NCBI GenBank assembly: GCA_046262595.1
Contig: JBHEMM010000005.1
Span: forward strand, 3,370-17,214
Direction of reading: 5' to 3'
DNA from: Vulcanimicrobiaceae bacterium
GTDB lineage: Bacteria > Vulcanimicrobiota > Vulcanimicrobiia > Vulcanimicrobiales > Vulcanimicrobiaceae
Length of the DNA stretch: 13,845 nt
Position numbers and translations under genes: made by a program. Positions 1-6,628 of this stretch are shown piece by piece (within the stretch, counting starts at the first letter, position 1; each line of letters opens with the position of its first letter). The notes beneath the pieces were generated by a model. The model was not told the DNA's origin. It did not search any database and worked only from the letters and a program-made list of their open reading frames with translations.

Positions 1-2
1 TG

Positions 3-713
3 AACGTTCGCCTTCATCATCTTGAAACGGAGCGCAATCCGCTTGCGGTTCTCGAGTACGAACCGCGGCGCGCGCGCGGCGTACGCATCGTTGCCGGCCA
101 CGGCTATTCCAGTTCGAAGCACAATCTCGACTTTTTATGCGGCTTTCTGGCAAGCCACGGCTTCCGCACGTTCAGTTTGGATTTCCCCGGACACAAACTC
201 GGCGCCAGCGGCGGCGTTCTGCGCGGCACGGGCGATCTGGTCGACGCGATGTCGGCCGCCGTTGAATTCGCACGCGTGCCGGGCGAACCGCTCTACGTTT
301 TAGGGCACAGCATGGGCGCGATGACTGCCATCTTCACCGCCGCCGCCGATACCTCCATTGCCGGCGCCATCGCGCTGACGACCGGTTACGGACGCCCGCG
401 AGCGCTCGAGTCGCTGCAGAAGGCCGGCGTGACGGATTTCCGCTCGGGGTATGTCGACGGCGTGTCGCTGCCGGAGCTCGTTGCCAGCTCCGCCGCGGAA
501 TTCGAGCGCGCGCTGCCGATGCTCGCCGGCCGCCCGCAGCTCTACGTCGCGGCTTCGCGCGATGCCATGGTCAGTGCTGCAAGCGTCGAAGACTTATACC
601 GCCGTGCATCCGAACCAAAAACCTTTGTCACCATCGAGAGCGACCACACGACCGCCGCGGATAACGCGCGAGGCGCCGTGCTGCAATGGCTGAACCAGAA
701 GCACCCTCGGTGA
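3..713 (+). CDS. Alpha/beta-fold serine hydrolase; start codon cut by the window edge
   Basis: The frame is open from base 3 (NVRLHHLETERNPLAVLEYEP...). Bases 1-2 'tg' could be the end of an ATG/GTG. It shows the HGY oxyanion segment (AGHGYSSS), DFPGH, the nucleophile elbow GHSMG, and candidate triad Asp (SRDAMV) and His (SDHT). The ORF track start at 177 is internal. Confidence 0.88.
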   Translation, partial: NVRLHHLETERNPLAVLEYEPRRARGVRIVAGHGYSSSKHNLDFLCGFLASHGFRTFSLDFPGHKLGASGGVLRGTGDLVDAMSAAVEFARVPGEPLYVLGHSMGAMTAIFTAAADTSIAGAIALTTGYGRPRALESLQKAGVTDFRSGYVDGVSLPELVASSAAEFERALPMLAGRPQLYVAASRDAMVSAASVEDLYRRASEPKTFVTIESDHTTAADNARGAVLQWLNQKHPR

Positions 714-1804
714 TTCGCGGTTTGCGGCGTTACAGCCGCCATCTGCTCATTCCGCAAATCGGCATCCAGGGGCAGGAACGCCTTGCCGCCGCGCGCGTGC
801 TCTGCGTCGGCGCGGGCGGCCTGGGCTCGCCGGTGCTGCAGTATCTTGCTGCGGCGGGCGTGGGACGCATCGGCATCGCCGACCACGACACGGTCGACGA
901 AAGCAATCTGCAGCGCCAGACGATCTTTGCGACGGCTGATATCGGAAAGAAGAAGGCCGCAGTTGCTTCGGTGCGCGTGAAAGAACTCAATCCGCTCGTG
1001 AACACCGATGTCATTCCGTTGCGCGTTGATGCTTCCAACGCGCGCGACCTCGTGCGCTTATACGACGTCGTGGTGGACTGTACGGATCGTTTCGAGACGC
1101 GCTATTTGATCAACGACGCCTGCAAACTCGAGGCTCGGCCGGACGTTTACGGATCGATCTTCCGCTTCGACGGCCAGGTGAGCGTGTTCGCACGCGAAGG
1201 CGGTCCGTGCTACCGGTGCCTGTTTCCTCAGGCACCCGCGGCCGGCACGGTCCCGACGTGCGCGGAGGGCGGGGTGCTGGGCGTGCTTGCGGGCATCGTC
1301 GGCGCGCTGCAGGCGAACGAGGCGCTCAAACTGGTCTTGGCAATCGGCGAACCGCTCGCAGGCCGCTTGCTGCTCGTTGACGCGCTGGGCGCGCACGTGC
1401 GCGAAGTATCGTTCGAGCGGGATCCGCAATGCGCGCTGTGCGGAGACTCGCCCTCGATTCACGACGTCCGCGCGGAAGAAGAAGGCCCAAGCGATCCGGA
1501 CGCCGACGACATCGAAGCCTCGCAGCTGCGCGAGGCGCTGCGCAGCGCAGTGCTGCTCGACGTGCGGGAACCGCACGAAGCGGTGCTCGGCGTTCTCGAG
1601 GGTGCGGTGCACGTCCCGGCCTCACAGCTCGCTGCGCGGCTCCACGAGTTGGAGCCGGCGCGGCGCTACGTGGTGGCCTGCCGCGTGGGCGTTAAATCGC
1701 TTTGGGCTGTGCAGCTTTTGCGCGATGCCGGTTTCCGGGCGGTCCATCTTCGCGACGGTTTGCTCGCGTATGCGGCGAAGGACGACGAATTTGCGTTTTT
1801 CTGA
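710..1804 (+). CDS. moeB: Molybdopterin-synthase adenylyltransferase MoeB/MoeZ-like (ThiF/E1 domain plus C-terminal rhodanese domain)
   Basis: Motifs RYSRH, GAGGLG nucleotide-binding loop, SNLQRQ, Zn-binding PCYRC and CALC, TCAEGGV, and rhodanese LDVRE...CRVGVKS. GTG at 710 overlaps the upstream stop (GTGA). ATG at 686 is an alternative start. Confidence 0.92.
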   Translation: MIRGLRRYSRHLLIPQIGIQGQERLAAARVLCVGAGGLGSPVLQYLAAAGVGRIGIADHDTVDESNLQRQTIFATADIGKKKAAVASVRVKELNPLVNTDVIPLRVDASNARDLVRLYDVVVDCTDRFETRYLINDACKLEARPDVYGSIFRFDGQVSVFAREGGPCYRCLFPQAPAAGTVPTCAEGGVLGVLAGIVGALQANEALKLVLAIGEPLAGRLLLVDALGAHVREVSFERDPQCALCGDSPSIHDVRAEEEGPSDPDADDIEASQLREALRSAVLLDVREPHEAVLGVLEGAVHVPASQLAARLHELEPARRYVVACRVGVKSLWAVQLLRDAGFRAVHLRDGLLAYAAKDDEFAFF

Positions 1805-2297
1805 AACGAAATTTCCGCAAGCGATCGTGCTGCAGCCCGAGGTTTTCAGGGACGAGCGCGGCTACTTCAAAGAAACGTATTCTGCCGAAAAGTACGCGCA
1901 CGCCGGCGCCCCGGGGCCGTTCGTGCAAGACAATGTTTCGGTTTCGCGCAAAGGCGTGCTTCGCGGCTTGCATTACGACCTGCGCATGGCGAAACTCGTG
2001 CACTGTTTGGAAGGCGAGATATACGACGTCATCGTCGACATGCGCGAAGATTCGAATACGCACAAGCAGTGGGATGCCGTCCGTCTTTCGGGCGAGAACC
2101 ACCGGCAACTCTACGTGCCGGCGGGTTTCGCGCATGGCTTCTACGTCTGCAGCGAGATTGCTATTGTCGCGTACAAGCAGACCGCGCTGTACGACCCCGC
2201 CCAGGAACGCGCCGTCAATTGGCAAGATCCGTCGATCGGCGTCGAATGGCCGCTCGACGGGCTGCCGATCCTTTCCGCCAAAGACAGTGGGGCTTGA
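1791..2297 (+). CDS. rfbC: dTDP-4-dehydrorhamnose 3,5-epimerase (RmlC)
   Basis: Motifs FRDERGYFKE, FVQDN, GVLRGLHY, KLV, DVIVDMR, LYVPAGFAHGF, WQDPSIGVEWP, ILSAKD. Probable TTG start at 1791 with GAAGGA at 1777-1782. The longer ORF from 1287 is an overlap with moeB. Confidence 0.93.
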   Translation: MRFSETKFPQAIVLQPEVFRDERGYFKETYSAEKYAHAGAPGPFVQDNVSVSRKGVLRGLHYDLRMAKLVHCLEGEIYDVIVDMREDSNTHKQWDAVRLSGENHRQLYVPAGFAHGFYVCSEIAIVAYKQTALYDPAQERAVNWQDPSIGVEWPLDGLPILSAKDSGA

Positions 2298-3106
2298 TGC
2301 TGCAGCTTCCCCGCATCGGCCAAGGCACGTGGAACGTTCCCGAGAACGGCGCGCACGTGCAGGCCGCGATGCGCGCTATGCGCTTGGGCATCGAGCTTGG
2401 AATGACGCACATCGACACGGCGGAGATGTATGGTAACGGACGCGCCGAAGAGATCGCCGGAAAAGCCGTCGCGGGCATTCCTCGCGATCGCCTTTTTATC
2501 ACCACCAAAGTTCTGCCCGGCAACGCCACGTACGACGGCACGCTGCGCGCATGTGAACGTTCGTTGCGCCGCCTGGGCATGGACTACGTCGATCTGTACC
2601 TTCTGCATTGGCCGAGCGCGCATCCGGTGAGTGAGACGATGCGCGCGTTCGAACGTTTGGTGGCGGACGGGAAGACGCGCCACGTCGGTGTAAGCAACTT
2701 CGACGTTGAGGAAGCAGCGGCCGCGCGAGCCGCTCTCACGAGCGTTCCGCTTGCATGCAATCAGGTGTTGTATCACTTGCAAGAGCGCGCGATAGAACAC
2801 CGGCTCATTCCGTACTGCGCGCAAAACGGCATCGCGATCGTCGGCTATACGCCATTCGGCCGCGGGCGCTTTCCGCGCAAGGCTGCGGTGCTCGACCGGA
2901 TTGCGGCAAAACACGCAAAGACGCCGCGCCAGGTGCTGCTCAATTTTCTTACACGTCTGCCCGGCGTATATTCAATTCCGAAAGCCTCGCGTGAAGAGCA
3001 CGTGCGCGAGAATGCCGGCGCCGCCGGTTGGGACCTTGCGCCCGAAGAAGTCCGCGACATCGACGAAGCTTTTCCGGCACATGATGGACCGCTGGCGAGC
3101 CTCTGA
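2297..3106 (+). CDS. Aldo/keto reductase
   Basis: Motifs IGQGTW, HIDTAEMYG (Asp/Tyr), FITTK (Lys), DLYLLHWP (His), GVSNF, NQVLY, IPKAS, HVREN. ATG overlaps the rfbC stop (TGATG 2295-2299). Confidence 0.93.
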   Translation: MLQLPRIGQGTWNVPENGAHVQAAMRAMRLGIELGMTHIDTAEMYGNGRAEEIAGKAVAGIPRDRLFITTKVLPGNATYDGTLRACERSLRRLGMDYVDLYLLHWPSAHPVSETMRAFERLVADGKTRHVGVSNFDVEEAAAARAALTSVPLACNQVLYHLQERAIEHRLIPYCAQNGIAIVGYTPFGRGRFPRKAAVLDRIAAKHAKTPRQVLLNFLTRLPGVYSIPKASREEHVRENAGAAGWDLAPEEVRDIDEAFPAHDGPLASL

Positions 3107-4247
3107 ACTCGAGGCGATAAAGCGCCGGATCCGCGATCTCGCCGTCTCACTGGGCGCAAGCGCCGTGCGCGTTGCGCGCGCGGATGCGGATCACCAGACC
3201 GCGCGCACGATGAAGGCCGCTTTCGCACGCAAGGATTTTGAAACGTGGCCTTACGGGGAAGCGTATGCGCGAACCGCGTCCGATCCCTCGCACATTCTTG
3301 AGGGCGCGCAAGCCGTCATCTGCATCGCCGTTCCGTATCGCATGCCGGTGCCGCGGCCGACGTTGCTCCAAGGACGCGTTTCGAACTATGCTTGGCCGGT
3401 CGATTACCACCGCCGTATACAGGCTATGCTTCGCGAACTTGCGCAGCGCATCGACGAGTGTGCGGGCGGGCCCGTTTGCGCCGTTGCGTGCGACACGAAG
3501 CCGCTCGCGGAGCGTGCCTTTGCGGCGCAAGCCGGACTGGGATGGATCGGCAAACATACGAACCTCATTTCGCCGGCCGCCGGCTCGTTCGTGTTTTTAG
3601 GCGAGGTCGTCACCACGCTGCCGCTGCAGGCCGACCCGCCGCTGCGCAAGACGTGCGGTTCGTGCGCGCGCTGCGTTCCCGCGTGTCCGACCCGAGCGCT
3701 GAGGGGCGACTACACCATCGACGCCGTGAAGTGCATCAGCGATCTCACCCAGCGCACCGATGCGATTCCACGCGATATGCGCGCGCTCATCGGCACTTGG
3801 ATTTGGGGCTGCGACATCTGCCAGGAGGTGTGCCCGCCGAACGAACGCGTGTTGCCGCCAATAGAAACCGCTCCGCCGGCGAGCAGCGCCGCAGCCGCAC
3901 CGCAGCTCGTAGAACTGCTCAAGCTTCGAAGCGGCGAATTTAAACGCACGTTTGCGCCGACCGCAATGGGCTGGCGCGGCGCGGCGGTGCTCCGGCGCAA
4001 TGCCGCCGTGGCGCTGGGAAATGCGCTCGACCGTTCCACGGTGCCCGCCCTTGTTTCATCGCTGCAAGCAGATCCGCACCCGATGGTGCGCGGCCACGCT
4101 GCTTGGGCGCTCGGGCGCATCGGCTCGGCGGCCGCGATCGGCGCCTTGCAGGCGGGCGCGCGGAGCGAAGACGATGCAAGCGTGCGCGAGGAAATCCGCG
4201 CCGCGCTGGAACCCTTCCCGGCCGGGCGGGCGTTACACCCGGTATGA
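3081..4247 (+). CDS. queG: Epoxyqueuosine reductase QueG (cobalamin/4Fe-4S) with C-terminal HEAT-like repeats
   Basis: Motifs VSNYAW..DYH, CDTKPLAER, AGLGWIGK, GSFVFLG, CGSCARCVPACPT, CIS, WIWGCDICQEVCP, LRRNAAVALGN, VRGHAAWALG. Start is ATG 3081 or 3084. Confidence 0.93.
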   Translation: MMDRWRASELEAIKRRIRDLAVSLGASAVRVARADADHQTARTMKAAFARKDFETWPYGEAYARTASDPSHILEGAQAVICIAVPYRMPVPRPTLLQGRVSNYAWPVDYHRRIQAMLRELAQRIDECAGGPVCAVACDTKPLAERAFAAQAGLGWIGKHTNLISPAAGSFVFLGEVVTTLPLQADPPLRKTCGSCARCVPACPTRALRGDYTIDAVKCISDLTQRTDAIPRDMRALIGTWIWGCDICQEVCPPNERVLPPIETAPPASSAAAAPQLVELLKLRSGEFKRTFAPTAMGWRGAAVLRRNAAVALGNALDRSTVPALVSSLQADPHPMVRGHAAWALGRIGSAAAIGALQAGARSEDDASVREEIRAALEPFPAGRALHPV

Positions 4248-4867
4248 AGACCTTCGCCGTGCTTTTGCTGTTGCTGCTGGCGGCAGTGCCCGCCGGGGCG
4301 CAATCGCCCTCCGATGCGCTCATCGCACACATGATCGCCAACGTTGACGGCGTGAGAACGTATACGGCTGCAGTCCATACGAACGCTTCCGTGCACGCCT
4401 TCATCTCGCTCAATCCCTCGCTGGACGGCATGTATTACCACAAGGAGCCCGACCGTAACAAGGTCGTGTACACCAGCGGCATGCCGTTTGTGGCACAGCA
4501 GTTCAGCAAGCTCTATCCGCACATCGACAGCGCGGCGATTTGGAAGGCCAAGTACGTGGTGAGCGTCGAGGGCGATAGCGGCGGCTTCACAACGTTCAAA
4601 CTGGTGCCGCGTCTTCGCGGACGCATCGATCACATCGACGCGAAAGTCGATGACCGCAGCGCGAACCTTACTTCACAGCGCTGGAATTACGGCGACGGCG
4701 GCTATGCGCAAACCGACTTGACGTATTCGATGGTGCAAGGCCATCCGCTCGTGACGGCGCAAAGCGGCAAGGTCGAAGTGCCCAAGTACTCCGCGGAATT
4801 TTCCTCGACGTTTAAAGATTTCAAGATCAATGTCGCCATCCCGGATTCGGTTTTCGCGGAGAACTAG
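4244..4867 (+). CDS. Exported protein, probable LolA-like/lipoprotein-sorting beta fold
   Basis: Sec signal peptide MKTFAVLLLLLLAAVPAGA|Q. The body is rich in predicted beta strands (YYHKEPD, FKLVP, ...DFKINVAIPDSVF), a pattern typical of LolA-like proteins. ATGA overlaps the queG stop. The fold assignment is by pattern only. Confidence 0.65.
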   Translation: MKTFAVLLLLLLAAVPAGAQSPSDALIAHMIANVDGVRTYTAAVHTNASVHAFISLNPSLDGMYYHKEPDRNKVVYTSGMPFVAQQFSKLYPHIDSAAIWKAKYVVSVEGDSGGFTTFKLVPRLRGRIDHIDAKVDDRSANLTSQRWNYGDGGYAQTDLTYSMVQGHPLVTAQSGKVEVPKYSAEFSSTFKDFKINVAIPDSVFAEN

Positions 4868-4891
4868 CCGCGCCCGGCGAATAAGCAGAGC

Positions 4892-5908
4892 GTGACCGCT
4901 CCCGCCATCGATCTCACGCGCGCGCTTTTGGCCGATCAGTTCAACCGGCCCATCACCTATCTGCGCATCTCGGTGACCGATAAGTGCAACCTGCGCTGCG
5001 TCTACTGCATGCCGGAGCGCGGCTTGCCCTGGCTTCCCAAAAGCGACGTCCTTTCGTACGAAGAGATCGTGCGCGTCGTCGAGTCCGCCGCGTCCGCCGG
5101 CGTGCGCAGCATCCGTATCTCCGGGGGCGAGCCCTTGGTCCGCCGCCACCTCGAACGGTTGGTTGCCGCAATCAGCGCCGTGCCCGGCATCGACGATGTC
5201 GCGCTTTCCACGAATGCGCTGCTGCTCGAAGAGTCGATTGACGCGCTTGCGCAAGCCGGCCTCAAGCGCGTGAACATTTCGCTCGACACGCTCGACGAGC
5301 AGCGCTTTGAGAAAATTGCGCGCCGGCCGGGCCTCGATCGCGTCCTGCGGGGCATCGACGCCGCAATCGACGGGCGAATGACGCCGGTGAAGATCAACGT
5401 CGTCGTCATGCGCGGCCGGAACGATGACGAACTCGAGACGTTCGCGCAGTGGACGCGCGAGCGCGCCGTCTTCGTACGCTTCATCGAACTGATGCCGGTG
5501 CACGAGAACCTCGGCATAGCGCGCGATGCGTACATCAGCTCGGACGAGATATTGGAACGCGTGCAGCGCATCGGTAATCTGCGGCCCGTGAGCGGCCCCG
5601 GCGGCAACGGTCCCGCGCGCTATTACGCATTCGAGGGCGCTCCGGGTGCTGTGGGCGTAATCAGCCCGCTCTCGCACGACTATTGTGAACGCTGCAACCG
5701 GGTGCGCTTGACGGCCGACGGCCGCCTGCGTTTGTGCCTGTTCGGCGATCACGAGCTCGACCTGCGCACGCCGCTGCGCTCGGGCGCATCGAACGCCGCC
5801 ATAACCGCAATGCTGCGCTCCGCAATGCTGATCAAGCCCGAACGCCATCACCTGCGCCTGGGCGAAACCGCCTCACGCATGCGCGCGTTCTCCGAAATCG
5901 GCGGCTGA
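4892..5908 (+). CDS. moaA: GTP 3',8-cyclase MoaA (radical SAM)
   Basis: Motifs YLRISVTDKCNLRCVYCMP, SGGEP, RFIELMP, second cluster CERCNRVRLTADGRLRLCL, and C-terminal IGG. Confidence 0.97.
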   Translation: MTAPAIDLTRALLADQFNRPITYLRISVTDKCNLRCVYCMPERGLPWLPKSDVLSYEEIVRVVESAASAGVRSIRISGGEPLVRRHLERLVAAISAVPGIDDVALSTNALLLEESIDALAQAGLKRVNISLDTLDEQRFEKIARRPGLDRVLRGIDAAIDGRMTPVKINVVVMRGRNDDELETFAQWTRERAVFVRFIELMPVHENLGIARDAYISSDEILERVQRIGNLRPVSGPGGNGPARYYAFEGAPGAVGVISPLSHDYCERCNRVRLTADGRLRLCLFGDHELDLRTPLRSGASNAAITAMLRSAMLIKPERHHLRLGETASRMRAFSEIGG

Positions 5909-6055
5909 GGCCGCGCGCCGGACGCATCGAGGAAACAAAACGGCAACAACTGCTCCAGGAATATGGGCCCTAAACGAGCCGTTTTCGAACGGTGATAGGT
6001 CTGGTCAAGTGCTCGCGGAGCACCGGCGCCCCTAGCCGGCCGCGCAAAAGAAGCC

Positions 6056-6083
6056 TGTCACACGGCGCCGAACGTGTCCGTTA
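6056..6083 (+). promoter_or_regulatory. Putative ECF-type promoter, TGTCACA-N16-CGTT(A), likely autoregulatory
   Basis: TGTCACA at 6056-6062, a 16-nt spacer, and CGTT at 6079-6082. It lies just upstream of the AAGGGGGG SD-like element (6091-6098) and the GTG at 6107 of the ECF sigma gene. It closely resembles the TGTCACA-n16-CGTC motif described for ECF41-type promoters. Confidence 0.65.
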
Positions 6084-6106
6084 CAAGGCAAAGGGGGGCC
6101 CGATAC

Positions 6107-6628
6107 GTGGAGCAGGTCTACCTCACCGCCACGGATGCACAACTCGCGCAAGACCGGGTCGATACCCTCGTTCGCGAGCATCAGATGAAACTTGCACGGT
6201 ACGTGCGCCGCATGGTGGGCGATGCCGACATCGCGCTGGATATAGCGCAAGATGTCTTCTTCGCCGCGTACCGGACGCTGCGCGCCGATCCGGCACGGCC
6301 GCTCACGGCCGGCTGGCTCTACAAAACGGCGACGAACACGGCGATCTCACACTTACGGAGAAAAAAGATTGTTCGTTTCCTTTCCCTCGATCGCGATGCG
6401 GACCTCCGCTCGCTGCGCATCGACGAGCGCAGCGCCGCGTCCATCGATTTGCAAGCGGCAATCGCAAAGATTCCACCCGAACAAGCCGCGGCAATCATGC
6501 TGACGAGCTACGCCGGTTATTCATCTCAGGAAGCGGCCGCGGTGCTCGGCACGAGTGCGGATGCCGTGCGGCAACGCGTATGCCGTGCGATGCGCACGCT
6601 GCGCGCCGCCATGACGGAGCATTCGTGA
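6107..6628 (+). CDS. ECF (sigma-70 group 4) RNA polymerase sigma factor
   Basis: Region 2 (LARYVRRMVGD...DIAQDVF...GWLYKTATNTAISHLRR) and region 4 (IPPEQAAAIML...GYSSQEAAAVLGTSADAVRQRVCRA). GTG 6107 has an SD. The ORF-track start at 6074 lies inside the putative promoter. Confidence 0.93.
   Translation: MEQVYLTATDAQLAQDRVDTLVREHQMKLARYVRRMVGDADIALDIAQDVFFAAYRTLRADPARPLTAGWLYKTATNTAISHLRRKKIVRFLSLDRDADLRSLRIDERSAASIDLQAAIAKIPPEQAAAIMLTSYAGYSSQEAAAVLGTSADAVRQRVCRAMRTLRAAMTEHS

Noticed and set aside
626..652. Second ECF-like motif TGTCACC-N16-CGAC upstream of moeB
   Set aside because: It is inside coding sequence and mismatches both boxes, so it is likely chance.
1287..1790. Upstream extension of the rfbC ORF (and similar extensions of the AKR, queG, LolA-like and ABC ORFs)
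   Set aside because: These extensions overlap neighbouring real genes in another frame or strand, and family similarity begins only at the downstream starts. There is no evidence for fusion or programmed frameshift.
4673..5851. 392-aa antisense ORF opposite moaA
   Set aside because: It is a shadow ORF typical of high-GC codon usage and has no recognisable motifs.
5971..5998. Possible sigma28 promoter TAAA-N16-GGTGATAG upstream of the ECF gene
   Set aside because: The -10 lacks the important CC of GCCGATA and the spacer is 16 nt, so it is too weak to call.
5909..6055. Moco or c-di-GMP-I riboswitch in the moaA-ECF gap
   Set aside because: The region lies downstream of moaA rather than upstream. 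Only a short GGCCCTAAAC resemblance is present, and the GGCAAAC/GAAA/GACGCAAAG core elements are absent.
5992..6624. N-terminal 211 codons of the 562-aa ORF 5992..7680
   Set aside because: This is an out-of-frame overlap with the ECF sigma gene and gives Arg-rich non-protein-like sequence. The real start is the GTG at 6625, which has an SD and a GTGA overlap.
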